From a virus: a stretch of 64,000 nt of DNA. Below are positions 17,067 to 27,917 of this stretch, one piece after another. Every line of letters starts with the position of its first letter. The first letter of the stretch is position 1. The translations under genes were made by a program, and so were the position numbers. Location of the stretch: the IMG/VR virus record IMGVR_UViG_3300051212_000701, positions 21,951-85,950 of that record; one strand, given 5' to 3'. Below the pieces are notes generated by a model. That model did no database searches and was not told where the DNA came from. It saw only the letters and a list, made by a program, of their open reading frames with translations.

Positions 17067-20000
17067 TCAGCCAACATAAATCGACCTACATAAAATCTTT
17101 GTTGATGGTCCATCTACCCAGTCGTGATTCATGTCAAGCACTATATATTTGCCTGCTGAAAACCCTGAAGGAATAGAAGAGTCTTCGCTAGAATACAGTC
17201 CAGCTTTAGGATATGATATTTCTACTACGTCTCCTATTTGTAAAAGCGGATTAAAGAAAATAGACATTTCAACAATAGTTTGTTGTTTTGACCATTGGGT
17301 TTTCATCCATTCAGCCAAAGCTTTTGCTTCTGATTCTTTTTGTATCCAATTAGAGTCAAAAGCAAATTGCTCTTGTTTTTCTTCTTGGGTAAGATTAGGA
17401 TCCATGTATTCAAATGAATCTGATTTTACTATACTGTCACCTATAACCTTAAAGAATTTTGTTTCTCCGTCGCTCAACATCGTATAAGTTCCAGAGTTAT
17501 TCATTACGTATGCTTCCATGGTAAATGCATCAATATTTGAACCAATAATTGTTGCAAAAGGATTCATGGTTATAACAGGGTACCTTGGTATAGCTGGAGT
17601 ATTATCTCCAGATGTTATTCTGGAAGAAATTTTAATTATCTCTCTTGCTACTGGACCAAACTCTTCCATATACCCAATTTCTTCTGTAACAGAGCTTTTT
17701 GAAAGCACAAAGTTAGAAAACTGCTTTACAAGAAATGAATTTTGTCCTAAATATCCTTTATACGGATTATATACCTCTTTAGTATTAAACTCTTCATCTG
17801 TTATGGGAGAGGTATACATATAGTCATATCTTACTGTTCCTATTCCCGCCACCAGTCCAGCAACGTTTGTGGTTGCTATAGGATCTTTATCGATTGCCAA
17901 TATCTCTGTATTATCAATCATAAGTTTAAAGGTTTTAAATGTTTCTGTATTATTTGTAGTTGTATTAACCTTTAATTGAATATTATACATTTTGCCGCCC
18001 TGAATACTTTGAAACTGATTTTGATCAGTTTGGCTATCAGGAAGGGTTGTTGCTACCCCATTTACGACCTTAATAATCTTAACACATCTTTCCTTAAGGT
18101 CTCTAGCTACGGCGCTCTGTACTGGCTCTACATGGACGATATAACCTGTTGTATGAGCAGCATTAAGACATACAGCCATTCCGCCTACGCATATCTGATT
18201 TCCACTTGATGTACCATCTGAATTTTTAGCAATTGGAAAATACATGCTTGTACTTACAACAAAATTATTATATCCAGATTGAATAGTTTTTGCTGTTGTG
18301 CTGCTAATAGTATATTTGGTTGGTGATGTAGCGGTAGGAGTTGCTGTTATTAAAGAATTAACTGTCAGCATAGATCTTGGAGTCTTAAGACCATTTGAAT
18401 CTGTTGACTCTAGCGTCATTAAATTATTATTTAAAGTTGTTGTTTTAGCATCCTTATCGTACACATAAGTTGACCATCTTGATTTAATTGCTGCAAGATT
18501 AACTTCATGTGTTACTGGAGCTGGTAATAATCCAAACGCATTTCTTTGTTTAATTCTAAATTCACCTGTTGGCTTAAATGTTCCTGGTTGAGAAAGACCT
18601 TGATATTTAGCTATGTCTACATCTGATGTAATCCACTGTTCTGCTGTTGTACTCTGACCAGCTAGCTGATAAATATATTTAATTGCATCAAATTCTATAA
18701 TTTCTTTATTAATTAATAAGAAGCCAGCCTTTTGATAAAATACATGGTCTACTGCTGATTCATATACAGAAACAGGCTCTGTAAATATTGACCCACCTGC
18801 TCCAGTTGATGCATCCAAAGTTTTAACGAGTGCCGCTGCCCCTAGCTTTATGATTCCTGATTCATAAACTGGATCTGCTGAATATGTATATTGAGATGTA
18901 AGTTGTGGTGTGTACCTAACTTTAACTGCTTTTGCAGATGGAACAATAGTTTTTTTAAGGTCTATTATATTTGGAAGATTTTCTCCACTAGTTCCTTTTG
19001 CATCATATCTAAACTTAAATACTGAGTCTTTATTTTGAAATAAATATTCTCTTGTGTAAAACTGAAGAACATCATATTCATCAAAAACAGCAATCATTTG
19101 AGTATCATTACATAAGTCTTGAATGTGTTGCCACATTGTCTTTGTGCTATCTGTATAATAAAACATTGGTGTAACAGTAGAAGAATCTGTTGTAGCAGTA
19201 TTAAAATTATAATTAGTAAACCCTACACTATCAAGTAGCCTTCTTATAATTGCTTGTGATGAGTAATCTCTCATAAGAATATCTGGAGCCATAATTTTTT
19301 GTAGGTATCCTGCGCCATCTAATGCTGATATGCTTATATCGCCATACTCGCTTAGGCTAAATTCTTCTGTTGAATAAAACACTCCATAAGGAATTTTATC
19401 TGAATTTTCAATTGTAATAAAAGGCTCAACGACTATATTTTTATACAAATTTATTTTATTTTTATCAAATGGAAATGTTTTGTCATAGACAAAACCTGTG
19501 CCGTCATAACAATTTAAATCTAGGGAGAGTGAGTTTGCTGTAACCATTCCAACTGGTGTTATGCCGTCAGATGAATTTGATGACTGTTTTCTAACATCAA
19601 AAGTAACTAGTCTGTCTGTAACATCTTTTACATACTTAGCTGCTATTTCAATTATTCCCAGGTACTCGTTTGCAATGCTAACTGATGTAACCTCAACTTT
19701 TATTTCAGATATGCCTACTGGTTGAGATGGCACAGCAAATTTTGTTGTAGTCCATTGTGCGCCATCGTAGTATAGATCTACAACACCATTGTTTGGAACA
19801 ACAACATTAGTTGCAATTGTTGATTCTACTCCACTTAAATTTTTTATCTTGACAGTCCAAGCAGTTGGCTTTGAGTGTGAAGTTTCAAACTTAATTGTTA
19901 TTTTATTTGATGCAGCTGTTTTAGCAACTGGATATGCTACTGTCAACATGCAGCCAGACAGCGATGTTCCAACCGCTCTCTTACTTACCCAATATTTATA

Positions 20001-20327
20001 TTCTGTTTTTTCTCCTGGGTAATAAAGTCTGTATGTTTGATTTGTTGAAGTAGAATAAACTGTTGGATACTGATTTACACTATTATTAAGAATTAAGTAT
20101 TTAATTCCAGCCGACTTTGGTCTTCTTGGATCAATTATAGACTTGACTGGGAAAAGTTTTTTAAAAGGTAGCGTATCCCCCGAAGATGATGTAACATCTG
20201 TTGACGCTGTAATATTAACGCCATCAATTAAATCGTTCATATTATACTCAAGCCAGCATCCTGGGACAGAAGTGTATGATATAGATTTATTTATAGCATT
20301 AAGTGCAGATGTATACCCAGATAGCAT
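17067..20327 (-). CDS. large minor tail protein (tail tip/hub)
   Basis: ~1086 aa, two genes after the tape measure; C-terminal NPLLQIGDVVEI typical of hub proteins; start at 20327. Confidence 0.75.
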   Translation of the reverse strand: MLSGYTSALNAINKSISYTSVPGCWLEYNMNDLIDGVNITASTDVTSSSGDTLPFKKLFPVKSIIDPRRPKSAGIKYLILNNSVNQYPTVYSTSTNQTYRLYYPGEKTEYKYWVSKRAVGTSLSGCMLTVAYPVAKTAASNKITIKFETSHSKPTAWTVKIKNLSGVESTIATNVVVPNNGVVDLYYDGAQWTTTKFAVPSQPVGISEIKVEVTSVSIANEYLGIIEIAAKYVKDVTDRLVTFDVRKQSSNSSDGITPVGMVTANSLSLDLNCYDGTGFVYDKTFPFDKNKINLYKNIVVEPFITIENSDKIPYGVFYSTEEFSLSEYGDISISALDGAGYLQKIMAPDILMRDYSSQAIIRRLLDSVGFTNYNFNTATTDSSTVTPMFYYTDSTKTMWQHIQDLCNDTQMIAVFDEYDVLQFYTREYLFQNKDSVFKFRYDAKGTSGENLPNIIDLKKTIVPSAKAVKVRYTPQLTSQYTYSADPVYESGIIKLGAAALVKTLDASTGAGGSIFTEPVSVYESAVDHVFYQKAGFLLINKEIIEFDAIKYIYQLAGQSTTAEQWITSDVDIAKYQGLSQPGTFKPTGEFRIKQRNAFGLLPAPVTHEVNLAAIKSRWSTYVYDKDAKTTTLNNNLMTLESTDSNGLKTPRSMLTVNSLITATPTATSPTKYTISSTTAKTIQSGYNNFVVSTSMYFPIAKNSDGTSSGNQICVGGMAVCLNAAHTTGYIVHVEPVQSAVARDLKERCVKIIKVVNGVATTLPDSQTDQNQFQSIQGGKMYNIQLKVNTTTNNTETFKTFKLMIDNTEILAIDKDPIATTNVAGLVAGIGTVRYDYMYTSPITDEEFNTKEVYNPYKGYLGQNSFLVKQFSNFVLSKSSVTEEIGYMEEFGPVAREIIKISSRITSGDNTPAIPRYPVITMNPFATIIGSNIDAFTMEAYVMNNSGTYTMLSDGETKFFKVIGDSIVKSDSFEYMDPNLTQEEKQEQFAFDSNWIQKESEAKALAEWMKTQWSKQQTIVEMSIFFNPLLQIGDVVEISYPKAGLYSSEDSSIPSGFSAGKYIVLDMNHDWVDGPSTKILCRSIYVG

Positions 20328-20785
20328 TATACTTCTTCCAGACCTATGCTGACATCCCAAAATTCTTGAGCAGCATCTGATGACTTAGACTTAACATTTC
20401 TTTTTACAAGTGTATGACTACACTCAGAAAATACAACATTAATAACTTCATCTCTTGCAGTAACTGCATTATAAGAAATTTTTAACTTAAAAGAACCTTT
20501 CCCCTTGTTATGATAAAAAGTTTTTAAATCTACTGCTCCATATCCACCATCTATTGTCATTGAGCTGTATGAAGGTAGCATGCGCCAATTTGTAGAAATT
20601 GTTTTTTTGTCAGCAGTAAATAGTTTACGCATAGTTCCATTTGCCATTCTTTGCTGTTTTTCAATTCTATTATTTCCTATACTTACTGGCTCTCTGTTGT
20701 GCTCAGTTAATTTAGTCCATGTCGGATTGTCGTCAGTTGATGTATCTATATATAATACAGAACCTACTGGTAATGTTATTGCCAT
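20327..20785 (-). CDS. distal tail (Dit-like) protein
   Basis: RMANGTMR motif, C-terminal WDVSIGLEEV; immediately follows the tape measure gene. Confidence 0.7.
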   Translation of the reverse strand: MAITLPVGSVLYIDTSTDDNPTWTKLTEHNREPVSIGNNRIEKQQRMANGTMRKLFTADKKTISTNWRMLPSYSSMTIDGGYGAVDLKTFYHNKGKGSFKLKISYNAVTARDEVINVVFSECSHTLVKRNVKSKSSDAAQEFWDVSIGLEEV

Positions 20786-23700
20786 TATGACCTCCTTGGA
20801 CCCATTTCTGAAATAGATCTTCTATTTCCTTTTTCTAGAACTTCTATCGTGGCTGTTGTAACTTTTCTTACTAGAGCATCCATATTCTCTCCTTCAGACT
20901 GCATAATTGTTTGGTTTAAAACAATTGGCTGTTGAGGTGTTGATTGCGCTGCCAGACCTGCAAAACTCTTTTGTCCAGACTGAACATTGTATGTTGGAGT
21001 TGCATATGGAATATTATTTAAGTCTGGAATAACCATATTACCATACAGTAATTCTGGACCCTTATCTCCAACTATAGTAGGAACTGTTGGATCTATTGAT
21101 GTAATTCCATATCCAGCTTTTACTACAGAGAATCCAGCATATCCAGCTTCTCCTGTAACCCGCCATCTTTGTCCATTTTTATCTGTAAATGTAGAACCTA
21201 CCCACGTTCCAGTTCTATCCCCAGCTCCTCTAAATTGTTTTTTAGCTCCTGACTTTTCTAATTCTGATGCTGTTACATATGTTCCTCCAGCATACTGACC
21301 AGACTTCTTTGGGTCATCAGAAAACTTAACTGGAGTTGCTGGTGTAGGACCTGCTGAGGCTTTCATGTAATCGATATAATCTTTTCCGCCAATAATAAGC
21401 CTATCTGCAGTTATTGACTTAGATGCTAGATCTCCTGCTTGGTTTGGCTTGCTAGAACCACCATTTGGCAAACCATACCATTGACCATTAGCACCCTTCT
21501 TTGGCCCCAAATTAACTCCTGCGGCTTCTGTAGGAGCAACTAATCCCGCAAGCAAATATTTTCCAGTCTCGGTTTTTCTAAAGTCTGCTTCTGTCATTCC
21601 TGGATTTTCATCTAAATATTTTACAAGATTTAAATTATAAGCAGTTTGAGCAGCATTTAAACCATCAATAGTTTTATTTAGTGCAGCTATCTTTTTATCA
21701 AGTGTTGCTAGGCTCTCTCCAGCTGTAGCTGCTGCATCTGCAAGCTTTTGATTTGCTGCATTAATCTTTTCAATTTCAGCAATAAGAGGAGCATTTGCTT
21801 TATCTCTTGCTGCTTCAATTGCTCTTGTTTGTCCTACTGTTTGAAGATTTTGTACAGCAGACTCATATCTAAGTCTTGCTTGCGCTGCCTGTTCTGTATT
21901 GCCAGTAGACTCTGCAAACTGTAATTCAAGTCTTGCTGACTCCATTTCACGATTAAGATCAGCATCTTCTTTTGCTGCATTAAGAGCCTTTATACGTGCA
22001 TCAGCTAATTTATTTGTAGCATCAATCTGCTTTTGAAGAGCTTTAATTCTATCTCTTGCAGATATTTGATCTTTAACGTTTTGTCCCTTTGCTTGAATTG
22101 CAAGTTTTTCTCTTTGAGCCTGTAGCTTTCCTAGCGCAGAGTATTCATCAGCCAAAGCCCCGCCTGCTGACTTATTAGCATCAATAACCTTTTGCTGTAT
22201 AAGCATTCCCATGTTATACAAGGCTTGAGTTTGAGCAGCGTTAAGTTGAGAAAGATCTCCTTGTAGTCCTAAAGCTTGTAGTCTTAACTTTTGCCATACG
22301 CTTACTACTGTATCTGATGTATTGGCAAGCTCTTTAATTGCTGGATTAGCTTTTGCCATTTCTTTAATGGTTGCTGCAGTTAAAGTAGTTTGTTTGTACT
22401 GGCTCTGATTCAAATAATCCATCATTTGAATTTCAGCTTGGTACATACTAATTTTTTCAGTTTTTCCTGTTTTATCTTTCTTTGCAGCATCTTCGCTCTT
22501 TTTAATAATTTCTTCGATTCCAGCGTCTACTGCGGTTAATGCAGTATTTAATGCCGCTGCTTGTGACTGAGCATTGCCAAGTCTTGCTGCAGTGTTATAT
22601 GACTTAAGTGCACCCATAGCGGCGCCTTTGGCATCTTGCATAGCATTAAAATCTTTGTTTTGAACAGTAGCTGCAGCTGCCATATCTGCATTTTTAGATA
22701 GAGCAAACATTGCATAAATTTTCTTTGTAGCTTCATCTGCAGACATTCCCGCAGCAATAAACTGTTGTTTAAATCTAACTGCCAAGTCGCCAAGCTCTGC
22801 TTTTTTAGTAGAATTAATTAATTTAATTTGTTCATCAAAAGCACCCTTAACTTCTTCTTTAAGCTTACGATATTCAGTAATAGTCATCTTGATAGGTATG
22901 CCTGCTTGAGTCATACTTTCGTATGCAAGCTTATTTGCTTCCATTAGGTCTTTTGATCTTTGAATGCTGTCTTTAATCTTTTGATTATAATCTACAAACT
23001 TAATTCCTGCTTTTTGAGCAGCTTCTGCTGTAAGTCCGTACCCTAAAGCATTAAGTTTTTGTTGTTCTTGATATTTTTTAAATACAGTAAATCCTGCAGT
23101 TAATGCAGTTGTTATTCCAGTAATTGCTAATCCTAATGGAGTAGCTGACGCAAGAACTCTTCCAAGAACTGGACCAAGCTTTGACATAACAGCTCCTGCT
23201 TGAGAACCTGCTTTACCCATATTAATTAAATTAGCTGAAGTTTGAGCTAATGGTTTAAGTGTTGATGTTGCAGATTGAGGAAGCTTGCTTGTAACACCTC
23301 TTGTCATTCCGCTCATTGCACCCATAGGAAGTAAGAATGGAAGGATGTTTGATACATTGCTTATTGCAGCTCCAGGAGTTCCTCCTACCTTGTCGCCCAA
23401 CATATTGCCAAGCAAAGGTATTCCCATCGCTGCTAATAGTCCTGCTACTAAACCTCCTCCACGATAACCCTTAACTGGACCACCATTTGCATACCCCATT
23501 GGGCCGTTGCCTGAACCTACGTATCCACCTGAAGCATATCCTCTTCTCCACTTTCTATCAAGCATTTTACTTTCATAAGTGGTTGGAACACGTCTTGTAT
23601 TTAATCTTCCGCCTAATAATCTAGGATCTGAAAGTATTCCCTTTCTAAACATTTTACTTCCACCAGTTGTTACTGATTGCTTTTTACCAGATTCGTCTGT

Positions 23701-26700
23701 TATAACTACTGTTGTTTTTCCACCTTTTCCTGAAGCAGATGTTGGGCTAGTATAAAAGAATGGATCAGAACCTGAAGCAGCTTTAGCTTCAGCAGCTGTC
23801 ATAACTGGAAGATCTTGTCCACCTGTGTATGCTTTAAAACTTGCTGGCCTAAATCCTTTAGGCATGTTTGCTATTGTCATTGCTGTCTTAAAAGATTCTC
23901 TTTCTGACATAGGAAGAGTTCTAAGAGTATCTTTTCTTGCAAACTGATAAATTTGTGCTAGTGCGTCATCATGATAGACTCTGCCTTCAGACAATCCTTT
24001 TGCTGCTTCAAGAAGTCTTCTTTTAAATACTTTTTTCTGTGCTTCATTTAATCCTGGAAGATACCTAAATAACCTATCGTTTCTTGCAGCAAGAGCTCTA
24101 ATTAATTCAGATCTAGTTAGTCCTCTTTTACCCATTCGTAATGCTTGGTTTTCTTCTGGATAAAGCCCAAGTATATTTCTGTCAAAAACTTCTACTGGAT
24201 GATTTGGAAGTGCTCTTGCAAATGATTCTGTTCCTTTAGGAAGATGTTGTCCATAAACATCTGGTAGTTCATGTGCATACATCGCCATTGGAAGGCTTGC
24301 ATGTGCTCCAACTGGGCCCCTCGTCATATCAATCTTTAGATCATTTAGTTTATCTAAGAGAGGAACACCTAGCTTATCTACAGCTTCTTTACGTAGTACA
24401 TATTCACCCTCAGTAAGCCAAGCTGGTACTGTGTCTGTTCCGCTTGGACCACCGCCAGCCATATAGACTGGGCCACCAGTTGCCATACGACGTGGGCGTG
24501 TTGTTTCAATGCTGTATGGAGCACCAAATGTTTTTACCTTAAGATTTTGTGCAATTCTATTTAGTAGACCTCTAGTTCTTCCAGGTCTAGCTAGTTCTTT
24601 CATATTACTTTTGCCAGTAACTGGATCAACTACTGGCTGATTAAGCAATGGAACATTTGTAAGATTAATACTTCTTCCTTGAGCTCCTGCAATATCTGTT
24701 GCTGCGCCAGCCATCATGGCTTCTATCTCTGCATTTAAAGCAATTATTTTTGATCTTGCTTGGTCTACACTTATTTTTCCAGCCTGTAGGTCAGCAACTA
24801 TTGCAGCTGAGGCTTGTGCAGCGTTTGCAGTTAGCTCTGTCATCTTTGGCAACAAAGCTTGATAAGAGTCGGAAAGTTCTGATGTAATTAATCCTGTTCG
24901 CCCTACTTCTGTTTTTAATGCCTTTATTTCTGCATCAGACTGCATGGCAAGGGCTGCTGTCATGGCATGCCATCTAGCTGCTTCTTCTGCAACAATTCCA
25001 GTTGAAACTCCCTTGATTGATGTAAGACCTTCTATCTTTGGCAAATCTCCAGACATATACATCTGTGGATTTCCACCAATTTTTTGATTAACTTTAGGAG
25101 CTCCAGGAACTGTTCCAAATATTGTCTGTGTCATTCTTTCATCTGTTGTCATTCCAGAAACAGGGTTTAGATGTGACATTGATCTTGTGTCTGTTGGGCT
25201 AATTAAAGGATGTGAAGGGTTTACTTGTCTGCCAGCAACAATTGTTCCACCCATTGTTGTAAACATAGGTGTGCTTGATATTTGACCAGTTTTAGCCTTT
25301 GCTTCTAATATTGATAGTTCAGCTATCAGTCCTTCTATTGCAGTTTTTAATACTGTTGCTGCCTTTGCGTCACTATAAAATGTAGACTCAATTAAAGATC
25401 CAGCTTTTTGTGCCGCCATCATTTGTGGCGTTAACATCTTCCAGCCTTCTCCGCCCTTGAAAAAAGCTTTAAATGCAGCTGCGCCTTTAACTATATAACC
25501 AAAAAAGTTAGCAAGAACACCAGTTAGCATAATTATAGGACCTATAACTGCTGTAAGACCTGTAACAAATGTTAAAATTGTTTTAACTGGTCCAGGTAGT
25601 TTATTTACGAATTGCACTATGCTATCTACAACATTAACAAAGAATGTTTGTACCTTAAGGAATTCTTCTCCTATACCTGCAAGGTTAGCTTTTAAAGACT
25701 CGACTGCTCTCTTGTATCGTCCAGATGCTGACTCTGTAACAAGCCTTAATTCTCGCTCTGCTACTGATGCTAGGTCCTGAGAGCTTGCTTTCATTAGATC
25801 TAAAACTTGTAAAGTTTGGCTTCCTTCTTTTCCTAGATTTTCAAACAATGCCTGCATTCTTGCAAACTGAAACTTTCCGAAAAGTTGTTCAATTGCCTGT
25901 GATTTTTGTAAAGGATCGAGATTATCTAAAGCGGCTTGCAAATCCATAATCATTGCTGTTAGGTCGCCAGCGTTGTCTGTTACTATACCTTTTAGATCAA
26001 TTCCCATTTCTGCAAATTTTTCTGTTGCAACTTTTGTTGGGTTAATCAAAGAAGCAAGTGCCGACTTAAGTGCATTTGCGCCTTCTGTTGCGTTAACTCC
26101 GCCTTCACGCATAGCTGTTAGATATAATGCTAAATCTTTAACACTTCCGCCTAAACCTTGTATTACTGGACCAGCTTTAGGGATCGCTTCAATTAAATCT
26201 GCTAGGCTTGTTGAGGTTTGGTTTTCAACTGAGTTTAAAAAGTTAATAGATTCTGTTAGCTGATCTGTGTTTTGTTTAAAAGCTGTTTGAATTGCTAAAG
26301 TTGCTTTCATAGCATCTTGTCTGTCAACTTCACCAAGTACAGCAAGACGGCTTGTTTCTTTTACAGAGCCTATAAGCTCTGCACCTTGTTGTCCTGTTGC
26401 TGCAATATCAGCAGCTAACTGTATTGTTTCTTTAAATGATGTTCCATATGCAGCCGATAACTCTTTTGCCGTAGAAGAAACATCTCTTCTAATCTTTGCA
26501 AGGTCTGCAGCAGATGTTGCTGCAACTCCACCATAAACCTTTGTTAATCTTGTAAGTTCTGCATCTGCTTCTCTAAAAGCTTTTGCTGCGGCAGCACCCA
26601 TTGCTGCTAATGGGACAGTCAATCCTACAGTTAACTGACGACCTGCCCACTGAGTATTTTTACCCCAGTTAATTAGTTGAACTCCGCCATCTTGAATAAC

Positions 26701-27189
26701 CTTATTCATAATAGCAAGCTCTTGTCTTGCTAAAGCTGTTTTATTTTTTACCGCATCTAAGCCTTGTGGAATATGAACATTGTATTGCATAAGCCCTTGA
26801 GCATTTTTGCCCAAGGGTTGCACAACTGCGTTTTGTAAAGCTACCTGCTGTTTTGCAAGCTCTCTAATTAGTCCGCCTGAAGTTTTTGTATGCTCTTGAA
26901 AAGTTCTAAAGTAATCTCTTAGCTTTAATTTTCCAGAGTCTAGGTTTTTGCCAAACTTTTCTACATCTGAAGTTAAGGTTACAAAGTGTGTTGAAAACTG
27001 CCCAGTTCTTCTTAAATTTTCTGCAAATGATCGATTCATTACAGCAATCTGATTTGCTAATTTTGCATCAGATTGAATTAACTGAGCCTGTAATTTAGAT
27101 AGAGAAGCTGTTACCCTATTGACATCTGCAATAAGATTTGAAAAATCAGCATTGGCAACTATATTAGTTACAATGTTTTCATCAGCCAT
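20785..27189 (-). CDS. tape measure protein
   Basis: 2134 aa, Ala/Leu/Gln-rich helical; TP901-type core (GLTVPLAAMG, GANALKS, EQLFGK); VGDKGPEL near the C-terminus; follows the tail chaperones. Confidence 0.93.
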   Translation of the reverse strand: MADENIVTNIVANADFSNLIADVNRVTASLSKLQAQLIQSDAKLANQIAVMNRSFAENLRRTGQFSTHFVTLTSDVEKFGKNLDSGKLKLRDYFRTFQEHTKTSGGLIRELAKQQVALQNAVVQPLGKNAQGLMQYNVHIPQGLDAVKNKTALARQELAIMNKVIQDGGVQLINWGKNTQWAGRQLTVGLTVPLAAMGAAAAKAFREADAELTRLTKVYGGVAATSAADLAKIRRDVSSTAKELSAAYGTSFKETIQLAADIAATGQQGAELIGSVKETSRLAVLGEVDRQDAMKATLAIQTAFKQNTDQLTESINFLNSVENQTSTSLADLIEAIPKAGPVIQGLGGSVKDLALYLTAMREGGVNATEGANALKSALASLINPTKVATEKFAEMGIDLKGIVTDNAGDLTAMIMDLQAALDNLDPLQKSQAIEQLFGKFQFARMQALFENLGKEGSQTLQVLDLMKASSQDLASVAERELRLVTESASGRYKRAVESLKANLAGIGEEFLKVQTFFVNVVDSIVQFVNKLPGPVKTILTFVTGLTAVIGPIIMLTGVLANFFGYIVKGAAAFKAFFKGGEGWKMLTPQMMAAQKAGSLIESTFYSDAKAATVLKTAIEGLIAELSILEAKAKTGQISSTPMFTTMGGTIVAGRQVNPSHPLISPTDTRSMSHLNPVSGMTTDERMTQTIFGTVPGAPKVNQKIGGNPQMYMSGDLPKIEGLTSIKGVSTGIVAEEAARWHAMTAALAMQSDAEIKALKTEVGRTGLITSELSDSYQALLPKMTELTANAAQASAAIVADLQAGKISVDQARSKIIALNAEIEAMMAGAATDIAGAQGRSINLTNVPLLNQPVVDPVTGKSNMKELARPGRTRGLLNRIAQNLKVKTFGAPYSIETTRPRRMATGGPVYMAGGGPSGTDTVPAWLTEGEYVLRKEAVDKLGVPLLDKLNDLKIDMTRGPVGAHASLPMAMYAHELPDVYGQHLPKGTESFARALPNHPVEVFDRNILGLYPEENQALRMGKRGLTRSELIRALAARNDRLFRYLPGLNEAQKKVFKRRLLEAAKGLSEGRVYHDDALAQIYQFARKDTLRTLPMSERESFKTAMTIANMPKGFRPASFKAYTGGQDLPVMTAAEAKAASGSDPFFYTSPTSASGKGGKTTVVITDESGKKQSVTTGGSKMFRKGILSDPRLLGGRLNTRRVPTTYESKMLDRKWRRGYASGGYVGSGNGPMGYANGGPVKGYRGGGLVAGLLAAMGIPLLGNMLGDKVGGTPGAAISNVSNILPFLLPMGAMSGMTRGVTSKLPQSATSTLKPLAQTSANLINMGKAGSQAGAVMSKLGPVLGRVLASATPLGLAITGITTALTAGFTVFKKYQEQQKLNALGYGLTAEAAQKAGIKFVDYNQKIKDSIQRSKDLMEANKLAYESMTQAGIPIKMTITEYRKLKEEVKGAFDEQIKLINSTKKAELGDLAVRFKQQFIAAGMSADEATKKIYAMFALSKNADMAAAATVQNKDFNAMQDAKGAAMGALKSYNTAARLGNAQSQAAALNTALTAVDAGIEEIIKKSEDAAKKDKTGKTEKISMYQAEIQMMDYLNQSQYKQTTLTAATIKEMAKANPAIKELANTSDTVVSVWQKLRLQALGLQGDLSQLNAAQTQALYNMGMLIQQKVIDANKSAGGALADEYSALGKLQAQREKLAIQAKGQNVKDQISARDRIKALQKQIDATNKLADARIKALNAAKEDADLNREMESARLELQFAESTGNTEQAAQARLRYESAVQNLQTVGQTRAIEAARDKANAPLIAEIEKINAANQKLADAAATAGESLATLDKKIAALNKTIDGLNAAQTAYNLNLVKYLDENPGMTEADFRKTETGKYLLAGLVAPTEAAGVNLGPKKGANGQWYGLPNGGSSKPNQAGDLASKSITADRLIIGGKDYIDYMKASAGPTPATPVKFSDDPKKSGQYAGGTYVTASELEKSGAKKQFRGAGDRTGTWVGSTFTDKNGQRWRVTGEAGYAGFSVVKAGYGITSIDPTVPTIVGDKGPELLYGNMVIPDLNNIPYATPTYNVQSGQKSFAGLAAQSTPQQPIVLNQTIMQSEGENMDALVRKVTTATIEVLEKGNRRSISEMGPRRS

Positions 27190-27196
27190 TTGCTAT

Positions 27197-27565
27197 CTAC
27201 TCCTTAACATATCCTAGTCCTGCTCCTATGCCAAAGCCAGCTTCTTGAGCTAGTTGTCCTTGCAAAGACAATATGTCACTGTCATCTGCATTTATACCTA
27301 GAGCTCTCTTTCTGACTTCTTCAAAACTAGAACTGTTTTCTTTTTCTTCATCATCCTCTAAATTAATTCCTTTTAGGCTTGCAGTAAACTTTCTGTTTTC
27401 TGATTCCTTTTTAGACATTGATTTTAAAGTTTGAATAAGTTCTGGCATTGAGAGATTTGATTCTAGTTCATCGTAGTTCCGCCAATGTCCTAGAAGGAAT
27501 ACCTCTCCCTCTAAGGCAGCTAGATCTAGTTCATCCCAGCTAGAACCGCCGCCTGAGTTAAATTT
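27197..27565 (-). CDS. tail assembly chaperone, frameshift-extended (gpGT-like) C-terminal part
   Basis: The reading frame of ORF 27197..27448 stays open upstream to the slippery site (…NSGGGSSWDELDLAALEGEVFLLGHWRNYDELESNLSMPEL…). Confidence 0.8.
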   Translation of the reverse strand, partial: KFNSGGGSSWDELDLAALEGEVFLLGHWRNYDELESNLSMPELIQTLKSMSKKESENRKFTASLKGINLEDDEEKENSSSFEEVRKRALGINADDSDILSLQGQLAQEAGFGIGAGLGYVKE

Positions 27566-27864
27566 GCGTTATCTTCATCCATCTTAATTCCTCCACAGAC
27601 TTCTAGAATTCTGTTGATTGTTGGAATGTCAAGTGCTGCTTCTAACGCATCTCTGTCTTTTACCAGGTTCGGAAGTTGGCCTTCAAGCGCCACTCCGCAT
27701 GCCTCAATTAACAGATCAAGCGATTGTGATTGTTCTGTAACATCTGCAGTTTTGGTAATGACTGCCATAAACTTTCTTAGTTCTTTAATAGATAACGGCT
27801 TCAATTTTGCTATTGAGCCATCTTGTAGAGTAACTTCTTCTACGTTATATACTGTAGTTGCCAA
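27526..27864 (-). CDS. tail assembly chaperone (gpG-like)
   Basis: 112 aa, TTG start with GGAGG RBS; lies between the major tail and tape measure genes. Confidence 0.85.
   Translation of the reverse strand: MATTVYNVEEVTLQDGSIAKLKPLSIKELRKFMAVITKTADVTEQSQSLDLLIEACGVALEGQLPNLVKDRDALEAALDIPTINRILEVCGGIKMDEDNANLTQAAVLAGMN
27559..27565 (-). other. -1 programmed ribosomal frameshift heptamer A-AAT-TTA
   Basis: X XXY YYZ in the correct phase of the chaperone ORF; the -1 frame equals the frame of 27197..27448. Confidence 0.8.
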
Positions 27865-27890
27865 TTTATCCTCCTTGGATAGTCTTAATT

Positions 27891-27899
27891 ATTATAGCA
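27891..27899 (-). promoter_or_regulatory. extended -10 promoter (TGCTATAAT) for tail chaperone/tape measure
   Basis: Just downstream of the major tail terminator. Confidence 0.65.
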
Positions 27900-27917
27900 T
27901 AATGATATTACAGACAC

